A DNA stretch of 64,000 nt from an uncultured Nitrososphaeraceae archaeon (GCA_963765895.1 CAVXZB010000084.1:224001-288000), one strand, 5' to 3'; positions 46,215 through 58,536 are shown, counted from the stretch's first letter. A program made the numbers and translations. The notes: generated by a model not told the origin, from the letters alone.

Positions 46215-46709
46215 TTATTGTTTGTATGTGCCATTATTGGCAATATGTTGTTTTTTTGTTGATTGGACATTAGTTGCTTGGCGAAGCATTTGATTGATTT
46301 GTAATTGGATCTGTTCCATATTTAGCGTAATTTGCTGTCTCTGCTTGTTAAGCTGTCTCAACCCTACTTCGAATTCATTTAATTTACTTTCTACGTAATT
46401 AATGGTATCATCCCTATTTTTTTCGATTATCACCCCCGCACCAATATTTACTAATAGTCTTTTTACAGGAGGAATTATGGCCTTCATGTAAACGCCAATA
46501 CCAATAGGTGTTAGTGACTCAAGGTCGTTTTCGTCGAGCATGCTATGAAGAGCGCCAGAAGCCATACGAGCTTCTTGGATCAGTCTTGTAATAGTAGCCT
46601 CACGGCCAACGATATCATTCATATAGGCTTCGAGAACTCTGGATTGCTGTACTAATTCATTCATTTTCTGATCCATTGCTGCCTGCTCTGCCTCAACGTC
46701 TCTGCTCAT
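46215..46709 (-). CDS. pfdA: Prefoldin alpha subunit
   Basis: PIGIGVY and LVNIGAGVIIEK hairpins between coiled coils; next to ftsY. Confidence 0.92.
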   Translation of the reverse strand: MSRDVEAEQAAMDQKMNELVQQSRVLEAYMNDIVGREATITRLIQEARMASGALHSMLDENDLESLTPIGIGVYMKAIIPPVKRLLVNIGAGVIIEKNRDDTINYVESKLNEFEVGLRQLNKQRQQITLNMEQIQLQINQMLRQATNVQSTKKQHIANNGTYKQ

Positions 46710-47173
46710 ACACGTCCAATTTCCGATACCATCTTATATATGTGACTATAAAGCCTTTATAGAATTAAATATAATCTGAGCAGGTTATATTTAATTCATT
46801 TAGACTACAATTAACTTAATTAAAGGGTCAACGTGTCCTCAATTGAGTCGATGTGCAATTGGAATGCGACAAGGCTAGATTGATAATTTGTGGCCAGATG
46901 ATCTGCCTGTATTGGGTGTATAACATGCCTTTAGATCATCGAAAAAATTAGATAGGACATAACGGTTTAATTCCCTCGCAACTACCGATTTTAATGAGTG
47001 CAATAGCAAGCATCTTCAGGAGATTTGAAAACTTGTCTAAAGAAAGACGCGGATATGAGTTTCGTATCTGCGTACTTCATAAATGCTCGTACCCAATTGC
47101 TGGCCTGACGATTTAGTTAACCGAGTATTTCACTATTAAAATCCGATTATTAGAATTCAGTTAAGAATTTAAT

Positions 47174-47730
47174 ATGGGAGTGGTGATCCATATGGGGATG
47201 CGTTCTGTTGGTGTAGTAGCATTTGTTGCACTTATGGTATTAGGAGTTGTTACTGGTATGATTACTTTTTATCTATTTGCTAAGGTAGCTCCAACGCCTG
47301 GGGTGATGGATTCGCTTTTTCGCAAAGATCTTCCCAAGGTAAATTCTACTGGATCAGGTTCAGCTCCTGGCGGGACAGCTAGTGAGAACACAGCCAATAA
47401 AGTAGACTTCTAAGATTAGTGGACCAATTGGTGCAACTCTTACTGTTATGCAAGGTGCTTCGATACAAGGAAACCCAGCCTTTAATCCCAATCCAATTAG
47501 TGTCAAAAAGGGTAGCGTTGTTCAAGTCGTAAATAAAGATTCTGTACCTCATACTGTTACAAATGGTAAAGGGCCAGATGATCCAAACTCTGGCAAGCTA
47601 TTTGATACAAGCATAATCAATGCAGGTGAATCAGCCAAAGTCGATACTTCCAAACTAACTTCTGGACAACAATATCCATTTCACTGTACCCGTACATCCT
47701 TACATGACTGGAACACTAAAAGCTGCTTAA
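47174..47730 (+). CDS. Membrane-anchored cupredoxin (type-1 blue copper protein); frameshifts at ~47410 and ~47690
   Basis: N-terminal TM, FNPNPISV, PHTVT (His); repaired C-terminus FHCTVHPYMTGTLKAA gives the Cys/His/Met ligands. Confidence 0.8.
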
Positions 47731-48000
47731 TAATTGAACGAACTTATGGTCTGAACATTTGACTCCTATCAGCAAGTAGAAACAAAAGCCCTACATTTAA
47801 GAATGTAATTCGGTTCGATAAGACAAATAGACTAAAATGATATAGATAAGAAAGGTTTACAGGTCAATCAACATATGAATGAAACCAAATAGCTTTAGAC
47901 GATACAACATCCACTAGAAGTACATTATTACTATCCCCAAAAGCCGTCTTTGTCCCGGCCGCACCCATATATTATATATCGGGGAATATGTAATATTCTT

Positions 48001-48777
48001 ATGCCGTTTCTTGAAGTTAAAGATTTGCACGCTAGTATTGACGAAAAGGAAATTCTATCCGGCTTTTCATTAAATATTGACAAGGCAGAAGTCCATGCAA
48101 TTATGGGGCCAAATGGTTCTGGAAAGAGCACATTTGCAAATGTGCTGTTGGGACATCCTAGGTACGCAGTTAAATCAGGCGATATCATTGTAGACGGAAA
48201 AAGCATATTAGATCTTACAACAGATAAAAGAGCAAATAAAGGATTATTCTTAGGTTTTCAGTATCCGACTGAGATTTCTGGCGTCGGATATAGCCATTTT
48301 TTGAGAAATGCATATAATGCATTGAGCAAATCTTTGGGTCAAGAACAAAAGAACAGAGAGGTTTTTTTGACTGTAAAAGAATTTCACGAATATGTAAAGA
48401 GGAACCTAGACGAGGTTGGCCTTGACCCCTCTTTTTTAAGTCGATATCTTAATGAAGGATTTTCTGGAGGGGAGAAAAAGAGATCAGAGGTAATGCAAAT
48501 GCTAGTCCTGAAACCAAACGTTGCCATACTTGACGAACCCGACTCTGGTCTGGATATCGATGCGGTACGTGCAGTTGCAGGTGCGATTAACAGTCTGATT
48601 GACACCGGTGCTGGGGTTGTGGTAATCACGCATTATGCTAGGATACTGAGATATCTCAATAAATTGGATCATGTTCATATAATGGCGAAAGGGAAGATAA
48701 TCAAATCAGGCGACAAGGGATTATCTGAAGAACTTGAGACCCGAGGTTATGGATGGCTAGGGCTAGAAGATAAATAG
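48001..48777 (+). CDS. sufC: Fe-S cluster assembly ATPase SufC
   Basis: GPNGSGKST, GFSGGEKKR, LDEPDSGLDID, ITHY. Confidence 0.95.
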   Translation: MPFLEVKDLHASIDEKEILSGFSLNIDKAEVHAIMGPNGSGKSTFANVLLGHPRYAVKSGDIIVDGKSILDLTTDKRANKGLFLGFQYPTEISGVGYSHFLRNAYNALSKSLGQEQKNREVFLTVKEFHEYVKRNLDEVGLDPSFLSRYLNEGFSGGEKKRSEVMQMLVLKPNVAILDEPDSGLDIDAVRAVAGAINSLIDTGAGVVVITHYARILRYLNKLDHVHIMAKGKIIKSGDKGLSEELETRGYGWLGLEDK

Positions 48778-48863
48778 AATAATAAGGTTTTGTGCAGGTT
48801 TATATGCATATAATTTCTTCATGTTTATGCAATTTTAAATAGGATAAAACACTCAATTCAATC

Positions 48864-49574
48864 ATGAACTTGTCTATTGAAAATGGAGGTGAGCGAAGTA
48901 GCACTTCCTCAGCACTCTATCTTAATTTTTCTTTTTTTAAAATAGATCAGAAGTGGAGATGGTTAAATGATATTGGGAAAGAAGAAGCAGCAAAAGAGTT
49001 TTCGACATTGATTGACGTAGCGAATACAAAAATGAAAGTTAGAACTTATTCGAGTCTTGGAATACGGCACGATATAGACTTTATGCTGTGGATGATTTCC
49101 GACTCGATTGAAAAATTTCAGATTCTAGCATCGAAGATATACACAACAGTTGTCGGCAAATATATAGACTCCTCTCTAGTCTATTTATCCGCTTCTAGAC
49201 AGTCAATTTATTCAAATAATAGTGTTAAGCCTCGTTTTATGTCTCACAAGCCTCCGATGAAATATCTAATTGTATATCCGTTCATCAAATCTAGGGAATG
49301 GTATCTACTGCCGCTAGATGACCGAAAAATAATGATGGAAGAACACATAACCATAGGAAAAAAGTTCCCACAGGTACAAATCAATACATCTTATTCATTC
49401 GGTATTCACGATCAAGATTTTACCCTTGCGTTTGAAACAGATGATCTGATGGCATTTCAGGATTTAATAATCCAATTGCGAGAGACAAAAGTGAGTCGCT
49501 ACGTAATCAAGGATACACCAATGATAGTATGTGTATATAAACCGATTGATATTATTATTAGGAGCCTAGGATGA
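48864..49574 (+). CDS. Chlorite dismutase-family protein, probably coproheme decarboxylase (ChdC/HemQ)-like
   Basis: YPFIKSREWY, MMEEH (proximal His), SYSFG..DQDF, ET. Confidence 0.8.
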   Translation: MNLSIENGGERSSTSSALYLNFSFFKIDQKWRWLNDIGKEEAAKEFSTLIDVANTKMKVRTYSSLGIRHDIDFMLWMISDSIEKFQILASKIYTTVVGKYIDSSLVYLSASRQSIYSNNSVKPRFMSHKPPMKYLIVYPFIKSREWYLLPLDDRKIMMEEHITIGKKFPQVQINTSYSFGIHDQDFTLAFETDDLMAFQDLIIQLRETKVSRYVIKDTPMIVCVYKPIDIIIRSLG

Positions 49575-50151
49575 ACTCAACACTTGTACCGGCTCTTAAA
49601 GAATGGGCAATAGCTTGCAGAGCACTAGAAGAGGGGAGGCGAGCTGGTGTTACTCCGGAAGGGTGGAATCATGGAGTACAAGGAAGGATTTAAGCTTATC
49701 AATAGTAGCTTTCTATTGTTTCCAACCTTGGAACACCAATCATTCGAGGATATTCAAGCAGATTATGCACACACTCTGGACACAGAATTACAGGCTAATT
49801 GTGACGGGAAACGAGATTTAACTATTTGTGCAGAGGTTTCAGACATTAGACAGATCAGTAACGAACACATGTTGCCAAAGCTCGAGAAGTACCATATTTG
49901 GAGCAGAAGATACGTGGGGACGAGAATGAAATATAACCCCAGGAAATCCATGAATATGATAATATTACGAGTGTACAAAATGAGTCACCCTATATCGATA
50001 TACATAAAACCAGAATGGTCTGGCTGTAAATCTTGGATATCGGTTGAAATATCTGAGAAGGAAAAAGAGCTGACTTGATCATAGTCAGCCCGTCTTGGAC
50101 GATGATAGATTTCAGTACATCAGGTCCAAAATATTGGAGGGTCTGAATTAA
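49571..50151 (+). CDS. DUF1802-family protein; two +1 frameshifts (~49641, ~50070)
   Basis: ALKEWA..C.AL..G.Q..LLRKGGI.E, FLLFPT.EHQ, GCKSW, PVLDD. Confidence 0.82.
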
Positions 50152-50155
50152 CTAT

Positions 50156-51157
50156 ATGAAATACAGAAAATTAGGCAAGAGTAATTTAAAAGTAAGCGAG
50201 ATCGGATTTGGAGCCTGGGCTATCGCACTCGATTGGTGGGGCGGTAAGAAGATAGACGATCAGGATGCAATAAAAATGCTCAAACGTGCATATGATCTTG
50301 GCATCAACTTCTATGAGACTGCCGATATTTATGGAAACGGCAAGAGCGAAAAACTGATTTCACAAGCCTTCAAAGGTATGAACAGAGAGGAGTTGGTCTA
50401 TTCCACGAAATGGGGGTATGATATATACAGCAGCAAACAAGTTGGACATAATGAGATACCACAGAAGCACGATACAGACTTTCTGCAATATGCGTTACAA
50501 AAGAGTATGGATCGTCTACAGGCTGATTATATTGATGTATATAGTCTTCATAATCCTAAAATGAGTGCAATACAAAATGACAGTATATTTCAATCACTTG
50601 AATCCTTGATATTTGACGGAAAAATTAGGAGTTATGGAGTAGCGTTAGGCCCAGCGATCGGATGGATGGAAGAAGGATTGTTGGCTACAAGAACTAGAAA
50701 TATCACATGCTTGCAAACTGTATATAATATCTTAGAACAAGACCCTGGAAGGGCGTTCTTTGATGCGGCCCGCCAAAATGATGTCGGAATCATGGTACGA
50801 GTTCCGGATGCGTCGGGAATATTGACCGGTAAGGTTAAAGCTGACACTACATTCGATAAGAACGATCATAGGGGAAATCGAAGAAGGGAGTGGATCCTTG
50901 AGGCTTTACAAAAGGTTGAAAAGATGAGAAATATAGCAGAATCAAATGGGCTAAACATTACCGAGTTAGCCTTTAAATTCATATTGTCTCAAAGAGAGAT
51001 CTCCGTAGTCTTGCCTACCATATTGGATATCACAGAAGTTGAAACAATTGCGAATATGTCTGATGGGAATTATTTGGACGAAAAGGTGATGGTTCAAATA
51101 TCAGAGTTATACACTAACAATTTTGATTTAAAACCATCGTCGGTTGCACATGCCTAA
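50156..51157 (+). CDS. Aldo/keto reductase
   Basis: LGKSNLKVSEIGFG, ETADIYG.G.SE, STK, YIDVYSLH, YNILEQ. Confidence 0.92.
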   Translation: MKYRKLGKSNLKVSEIGFGAWAIALDWWGGKKIDDQDAIKMLKRAYDLGINFYETADIYGNGKSEKLISQAFKGMNREELVYSTKWGYDIYSSKQVGHNEIPQKHDTDFLQYALQKSMDRLQADYIDVYSLHNPKMSAIQNDSIFQSLESLIFDGKIRSYGVALGPAIGWMEEGLLATRTRNITCLQTVYNILEQDPGRAFFDAARQNDVGIMVRVPDASGILTGKVKADTTFDKNDHRGNRRREWILEALQKVEKMRNIAESNGLNITELAFKFILSQREISVVLPTILDITEVETIANMSDGNYLDEKVMVQISELYTNNFDLKPSSVAHA

Positions 51158-51248
51158 TAGAATTCATTTGAACCTGACAAAGTTTAGATCAAGACCCTAG
51201 ATACTCAAGACTAGGAATTGCCTTCTTATTCTCGATTTAAATCAGCTG

Positions 51249-52259
51249 TTAAACGTTCTCAAAATACTTGACTCGTTCTTTCTTAAATTCTCGTGTGCTA
51301 AACAGAATTTGATAGTCATCAACTCCGATGATTTTTGATATTTCAAGTGCAATTTTCTTTGCCGACTCCAAAGACCGCGCATGTATCATGCTAAATAAAT
51401 TAAATCGCCAATCCTTATAGACTGGTCTACGATAACAATGACTTACCTCAGGAAATGTGGCAAGCCTATTTCCAATTTCATCAATACTATTGGTGGGGAC
51501 GTTCCATACTATCATGCCGTTGGCGATAAATCCTGCTTCACGGTGACGCAAAATTGCAGCAAACCTTCGCATCACACCAATCTTCTCATATTCTTTAGCC
51601 CTGTCAAAGAGTTCCGTAGTAGTGATGCCAAGATTTTCAGCAGGGATTCTGAAAGGTTCCGGAACAATTTTCAAGTCTTTCTGTAACTCTCTAATAAAAT
51701 CTTTATCGCGCTCAGTAATCTCAAAGCTTTTTGCAACAGGCTCCATAACTTTATCCGAAGGTAACGGAACAGTCGGATCCCCGTTAACCATATCCAATTT
51801 TACGCCAATTTTGTATAGTTTCAGAGTAGGCAACAGTCGATATTTGATGACTCCATCCAGCGATGCCATATTGTTGAGTACAATCTTCATATCATCATTT
51901 GGACCAACTGCAAGTGTAAACCAGATATTGAACTCATGGCTCCTCTCGTAATTATGACTAACGCCGGGGCGTCTATTTATCTCGTTAGCGACGAAATCAA
52001 CTTTGTCCGGTTTAACCGAGAATGCTACTAGAGCACTCTTGTATCCAAGCTTCCTCGTATCAAAAATTGCATTTATCTGTCGAATTAGTCCCTTTGTTTT
52101 TAATTTTGAAATCCTGTGAATAATTTCTGATTCAGAAACACCATAGCTCAGAGAGATTTTAAGAAATGGCCTATCAGATAGCGGAAATGTCCACTGGATG
52201 TCATTAAGCAATCGTTTGTCTAACAAATCAAGAGGGCTCGTCTGCAATGAAAAACTCAT
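51249..52259 (-). CDS. ahbAB: Fused siroheme decarboxylase AhbA/AhbB (NirDL-like, tandem Lrp/AsnC folds)
   Basis: VSHNYER..FNIWFT and VSHCYRR..FNLFSMIH motifs, S.REFKK. Confidence 0.88.
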   Translation of the reverse strand: MSFSLQTSPLDLLDKRLLNDIQWTFPLSDRPFLKISLSYGVSESEIIHRISKLKTKGLIRQINAIFDTRKLGYKSALVAFSVKPDKVDFVANEINRRPGVSHNYERSHEFNIWFTLAVGPNDDMKIVLNNMASLDGVIKYRLLPTLKLYKIGVKLDMVNGDPTVPLPSDKVMEPVAKSFEITERDKDFIRELQKDLKIVPEPFRIPAENLGITTTELFDRAKEYEKIGVMRRFAAILRHREAGFIANGMIVWNVPTNSIDEIGNRLATFPEVSHCYRRPVYKDWRFNLFSMIHARSLESAKKIALEISKIIGVDDYQILFSTREFKKERVKYFENV

Positions 52260-52657
52260 GTGTTAGTTGTAATATTCGCAGATACATTAAATACTTATCC
52301 AAATATATTGATACGATTGCACGTATACTTTAGTGACAATCATTGATTAATATCGTGTTTCCATGACTAAATTATCAAAAGATGATTTTGCCTTACTTCC
52401 GAAGGCTCGAAATCCAATTTAATAATGGCTCTTCATGAATTGTTAAGAGAACGACAAAAGAGCGAATCGTATTATGAATCTGGTTGACATCGTTTAGATA
52501 CGTTTTGGATGCCTGTTGTGAAATGGCATGAACTACATACTAGCTGATATAGAAACAGATATTGCCACAGGGAATACGATGTCAGCTCGTTAGATTTACT
52601 AGTGATATAGTGATCCCTAGTCTCGGTTTTTATTAACTACCTGCCTAAGTTATTATA

Positions 52658-53167
52658 TTGACTAGTAATGCCAATGCTAAGTTTAAACATTACGGCATTT
52701 CTCCATTTGAAATCGAGGTTATCTACGATGTATTGAAAGAATCATTTGAATTGCAAGAAGAACAACTCGTACCTATTGACGAAAATACCGTGAGTATGGT
52801 TGAAATCGAACTCCCAGTTTCGTATGACGATTCTTTCTTTAGCTGGTTTTCTGTGGAGAGATGGTTCAAAATCAAAGAAGTATTGAAAGAAATGGCTAGG
52901 AGAAGAGGTAAAAATGGTATCAGAATAGTTTTTGATTTTTGTGGAAACACAGACGATAGTCCTGCTAGGGTAAGATTCCTTTTGAAGGGCAGAAGTGGCA
53001 GGGAATTTGAAATAGCCATCGAAAAGATCGAGTACATGGTCGATACTATCAAGATGCAGCTCAAGAAACTATCCTGTGATATAGACGAGGTTGAATATTT
53101 ATACGACGAGAAGAATCATAGATGGTTTCCTTCCATCACGAAGGCAGATCGTGGCAGCAGAAAATAA
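52658..53167 (+). CDS. Hypothetical protein
   Basis: 169-aa ORF with globular-protein composition. Confidence 0.65.
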   Translation: MTSNANAKFKHYGISPFEIEVIYDVLKESFELQEEQLVPIDENTVSMVEIELPVSYDDSFFSWFSVERWFKIKEVLKEMARRRGKNGIRIVFDFCGNTDDSPARVRFLLKGRSGREFEIAIEKIEYMVDTIKMQLKKLSCDIDEVEYLYDEKNHRWFPSITKADRGSRK

Positions 53168-53213
53168 CCGGAGTTCGTTATTCAGATGTACAACGATCAA
53201 GATAGCTGTACAT

Positions 53214-53645
53214 TTAATTTATAACGGATGAATCCTGCAAAGTCTCAATCAATTCACGATATTTTCTATTTATGAATTCTAGGGATTCAGACAATTTCTT
53301 GGATTTACCATATTTGTATCGAATCAGTTCTCTATGGCGCCAAAAATGTTTACCCTCTGAAACCGAAATAGTTGTAAAATAATCTGGTCCTTTAAGACTA
53401 TCCGGTAATTTTATACTAAAGGGTATTAAATACTCGATTGTGAACCACTCATCGCCATCGGGATAGTCATCTCCAGTATTCAAGTCAAAATACAAATGCA
53501 ATGCATCATCTACTGTTAGACCCTCGTCCTTAATCGTAGGATGTTTGGTATAGGACTTACGAAAGTCCATTTTCAGTAATTCAGGTTCAAAATAAGTCTT
53601 AATAATTGCCTTCCGAAAGATTTCATTTGACTCTTTAAGATTCAA
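53214..53645 (-). CDS. Hypothetical protein
   Basis: 143-aa ORF with globular-protein composition. Confidence 0.65.
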   Translation of the reverse strand: MNLKESNEIFRKAIIKTYFEPELLKMDFRKSYTKHPTIKDEGLTVDDALHLYFDLNTGDDYPDGDEWFTIEYLIPFSIKLPDSLKGPDYFTTISVSEGKHFWRHRELIRYKYGKSKKLSESLEFINRKYRELIETLQDSSVIN

Positions 53646-54102
53646 AGATACTATAATCAGCCTTGTCCATATTATAATCCTTTTAACTAATTAGTACAGT
53701 CACTTCAGATACGGGCCAAATCAATCATTCTAAACTTCTGAAACATGAGTCTATCACATGATGAATGGAGAAGAGTTTTCTCAGTATTCAATACTCTGAA
53801 ATGCACTATCTAACTAATTTAGCATTTAATAATCGCCCTAACAGATGCGACATTTATCATTGGGGCCAGTATACATAGATCGAATTCAGGAAATGAACTA
53901 ACACCCGCTAGCATGTTTTTATCTTGTCAATATGCGTCTAATCATTCAAATTTAGATTCTCGGAATAGTCACATTCATGTCAATTGTGAAGGTTCATAAT
54001 TGGTTAAGTGCTTCTAATCGAAAATAAAGCCTCTTCGTTAAATATTGCTAAGTTAGACACTACCTACAATTAATATAATGCTTGTGGCCTTTTTTTGTTA
54101 AA

Positions 54103-54186
54103 GCGGGGGTCGCCTAGCCTGGTAGGGCGTGGGATTGCTAATCCCATGTTCGAAAGAACTCGTGGGTTCGAATCCCACTCCCCGCG
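54103..54186 (+). tRNA. tRNA-Ser(GCT), intron-less
   Basis: GCGGGGG acceptor stem, TGGGA-TTGCTAA-TCCCA, variable arm GTTC-GAAA-GAAC, GGTTCGAATCC. Confidence 0.95.
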
Positions 54187-54289
54187 CTTTACTTAGGAAT
54201 TCTTGCGTAAACTTATTAGATACGGTATGCACCTATTTCGTACATGAATATTGACGCTACAAGAGGCATATACAAAAGATCGATCAGGT

Positions 54290-55675
54290 TAGCTGGAAAC
54301 AGAGATAGATTCTTTTATACAATACAACTCAAAGCCATATTTTAGACAGGCATTGAAAAGACTGTCCACGGTCAACGCAAGGAGCGCTAATTTGATTTGT
54401 GATTATATCTTTGTTGAACAGACTGAGATCAATATTAAAGAGTTGACCAAAGAAGGAAAAATAAAAGTTTGACATGGTTATCAAACTACTTGGCAAACCA
54501 AATTTTTCGTCAAATGACCAAACAAGATATACTTACCTATCTAAACAGCCTAAAGTGACCTATATCAGAAGATCCTACTTACAAATGGATAGGCTCGTCA
54601 ATGAGCGGCAAATGATCTTGAATAAGTTTTTCAAATGGTTATACAGCCCTGATGAGCCAAATCCGAGTGAGAGGATAACTCAACCGTGTATGCAAGGGAC
54701 AAAGAACTTCTACGTCAAGAAAATCACCTTATAGGCATCAAACCTGTGGAACGTTCGGGAACATACCAGTTTCTTGAAGTACTGTCATAGCAAGCGCGAC
54801 AGGTGCTATCGCGCTACGGCTAATGATATGTCGGCAAGACCGCATGAAATACTGAATCTTAAAATAAAAGATCTAATATTCAGATAATTGAAGGCGGCAT
54901 CCAATTTGCAGAAGTTCTTATTACCGGCGGAAAGACAAGACCGAAAACTCTACCAATAATTGACTCAATACCTTAACTGAAGGATAGAATACACGACCAT
55001 CCTACTGATACCAAGCCTGATTCATGGTTGTTTGTATCTCTAGCCAATACTACATTTGTCTCAAAATTAACCTCTGACAGTCTCTTTGGACAGTATAATA
55101 TTATTATATTACAAAATTTTCGGAAGCTTATTGAGGACGAAGCAGTACATAAGGTGGATAAAGCGCTTATCAAAAATTTATTGACCAGGCCGTGAAATCT
55201 TTATATTTTCCGACATTCTCTCTAACAGAGAGAACTCTCCTAAAAGAACATGTTCTCCGAGATCATACTGGTTCGACAATGACAAGCAGGGATATTTCAA
55301 GTATATATTCTGTATTTTGGTAACTAATAATGAAGATCACTTCTTGAATCAAGAGTATTTTTAAAGGAAAAAGATAAAGGAGTATCAGCTTTAAGATCCA
55401 AACAATGTCCTAGCTGCACTGAATCCGACACGCATGGTTTAAAGTTCTGCGCCAAGTGTAGAATGGTACTGACATATAATGCGTATAATGAAACTATAGA
55501 TGAGAAGCAAATTAAGGATAAAGAAGTTGAGAATTTGCGAAATCAGATGGCTACTATGCAGGAAGCGCAGCGCGAAATATTAGATTTGCTAAAGTATCGT
55601 GCGAAGCTGTTGCAAGTTCGAAATAAAAAGATAAGTTACATGGCAATTCATCATGTGCTTTTAGGAATCGAGTAA
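54290..55675 (+). pseudogene. Decayed tyrosine recombinase/integrase with a C-terminal Zn ribbon
   Basis: Fragments across frames: ICDYIFVEQTEINIKE, SARPHEILNLKIKDL (catalytic Arg), GGKTR, YIFRHS, CPSC...FCAKC; many stops and shifts; directly downstream of a tRNA. Confidence 0.85.
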
Positions 55676-56408
55676 TACTCATTTCTCTGTCTGCTTTGTT
55701 TACCAAGCCTTATCTGGTCACTTTGCATACGAAGCCATTCATACCAGATGTTTAGGTCATTGCGATAAAATCGAGGACCATTTCCTTGGCCGTAACCTTT
55801 AGCATATTTTCAGGTATTAACCTAGTATTTTCCATTTCGTTTGCTTCATATTTTAGCAGTTTTCCCTGGAGAATTGCGACGAAACATGATTATTGGCTCA
55901 CGCTTATCTTCATTTGATCCCTCAGAATTAAATGGATTTATTATTGAATTAGTAGATTTTACAATTGTTCTTAGCATCGCTATCAGACGAAATCTTTCAT
56001 GTCGCTTCAAAGACTTCTCAATTTTTTTCGGTCGACATAATCCTTATTTGGGCCAGCTATTAAAGTGGCGAATAATTCCTCCTTTCTCTTCATGAGTCAT
56101 TTCCTTTTGATTCTGACAAAGCATATACCCAATTAATAATCGCATCAAATCAGTATTAAGATCGTTTTTGTCGTAAAGGGCATTCATAAGTAGAAGCTAT
56201 ACCATACCAATCGGCATCATCTAATCATACAGACAGTATAAATCGCAGTATAATAACGAATTACCTATGTGATATGGTACCTGAGGACTTGTACGAGAAC
56301 TGAGTTACATATACTACTGCACTACATTCTACCGAACCTTCTGGAAATGTTATCAATTAGAATTACTATCGCAGGTGAATGTCTTCTAATAATATGCAGT
56401 ATATCACG

Positions 56409-56800
56409 TTAAAAACCTTTTCTAAAATGAGACATCAGATGGTTAGACTTATGCCTTGAGATGGTGACAAAATTTGTGTATATTCTATGAAGCGCTCCAA
56501 ATAATGCATTATAACGGCGGTGATAGTAGAGGATAAAAAAGTGAACGTCTATAATCGTGTCAGCACAGCACAGGTTTAACCTAAGCCTTGCAGGGCGCCT
56601 TGCTACATAAGGCAAGAGCTGCATTAGATTGTGCTAAAGCTGTATCCAGGATAGCCAGGAAAATTTTGTATTCTGTTACAGCTTTCCTTTTATATTGTGT
56701 CCTATATTCGTCACATAAATTCTTCTCTAGATTAGGAAAAACCTTGGTATCCATGGTATTAGGCGACCCATCCAATTCTATGCCACCTGGACCGCTTCCA
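56409..56800 (-). pseudogene. Fragmented gene with weak glycine-rich-domain-protein (GRDP)-like resemblance
   Basis: KAVTEYKIFLA..., then in another frame DVHFFILY..RY..LFG. Confidence 0.3.
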
Positions 56801-57074
56801 GAACATGATTTAAGGAGTCCATATCTGTTGGATTTTTATATGTTTTACATTATGCTACATATATATCGGATCGTACCTATAACAAACTAAAAATATCGGA
56901 ATATCTCCCAAAGCTTCGTTCCATTATAATCACTAACTATGCAGTTACATATAGTAAAAATAACCTGTATGATTTGCAATCCCCATTGTTATAGTTCGGT
57001 CTATAAATTGTCCAGTTAGTTTAGATGAACCTGTGCTTGCTCCTCCTGTCCGAAGAAGAAAAAAGCTCACTTAG

Positions 57075-57110
57075 ATTCTATAACATAAATCTACCTTTAT
57101 GTTATAGAAT
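57075..57110. promoter_or_regulatory. Perfect 15-bp inverted repeat directly upstream of a TATA-like box
   Basis: attctataacataaa-tctacc-tttatgttatagaat, then TTTATAA (57114-57120) and a gene start at 57149. Confidence 0.6.
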
Positions 57111-57148
57111 GCATTTATAATTTCATACATAATAATTTTCTATATAAA

Positions 57149-58205
57149 TTGGAGCATAATCTATCACTATTGCTTATTATTTTAATACTCATTGGAATTT
57201 GGTCTTATGTTGCTACCTCTAATTACCCATATTGGAATGCCCAGAAAACTAGCCTAGCAGCAACAAAAATAAGTCCTTCAGGAATAAGTTCCCCTACTAA
57301 TTCGTCTTCAATCAAGTTAAAGACAGTTGTAACTAACGTTGATTTAATTCCCAAAATAAAAATCCTATCACCACGTGACGGTCAATTGGTTCAAAGAACT
57401 AATAATAATCTCCTTGTCGTCGCTGGCACTTCATCAGATGACAGATCAAAGGATTGTAGAGTTTCAGGTACTTTTGAATGGTATAAAACCATACCAAAAG
57501 ACTAGTGCGGCAGGAACCAACGGAATCAATGATTATTCTATCTGGAAATACAGGCTAGATCCGAGCTATACTGTAATTAAAGCAGGATCTAACAAATTAA
57601 CTGCAAAAATTACTTGTCTTGGCTATCCTTATAGTTTGAGTAAATGGACAAGTGTAGATCTAATCGGAACGAGAAATGATAATGACACAATTACTTCTGG
57701 TGCAGCCGACCCAGTATCATTACGAATATCGATTAGTGTGGATAAAAATCCAATTACTGCAGGAGATATACAGACTATTACTGTGAAGGTTCGTAATCCA
57801 GGTCCTCTGAATTCAGCTAGTAGTGGAGCTAATGTAAGCGGACAAGTTATTGATTTGTCATCCTTCGTATCTTCCTCTTTTCCTTCTAAAAATACGAACG
57901 TGGTCGTGGAACAATTTGGCGGTAATACAGATAAAAATGGTGAGGTTTCATATTCATGGAAAGTACCTGGGAATACTCCAATAGGGACACCTTATATAGT
58001 AAAGGTAGATGCTTTATCGAGCAAGTACAACGGGAGATCAGAATCCAATATATTTACTGTAAAACCATCATCAAATAACTATGAGCCTTTTATTTTAGCT
58101 CAAGCCAGCAGTAACTTTACTAATGGTTTGAATAACAATATAAAGAATTTTACTCGGAACGTATTCAACACGGTCAGAAATAGCTTAGAAAACAATCTGA
58201 GATAA
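57149..58205 (+). CDS. Secreted/surface protein with Ig-like beta domains; +1 frameshift at ~57468
   Basis: Signal/TM segment, IKILSP.DGQ, GTSSD...C.VSVLLNG (after repair), G.NKLTAKITC, GNTDKNG.VSYSW. Confidence 0.72.
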
Positions 58206-58536
58206 AGAAAGGTTCTACATTATCCTGGATAATGTAAGCACTGAATAGGATAACTCTATCTTCCCTACATGAATCTATAGATTGGACTTTATGATTACGT
58301 ATGATTGTTATACAATAGAACATATAACTGAGTTCTTTAGCTAGTGTTACCTAAAACGATAGAGTTGATCAAGTAACAACTCAGCGATTGACACTAATGG
58401 TAAACTTGCAGAGGAGCTTTTTTATCGTAGTGATTAAAGAAATGAAAAATTGGATAGGAATATGTCTCAATAGACGAAGACCACAATTACTACAAAATTT
58501 AGGCTTACTATAGTAAACCCTATCATATCTTGAACA

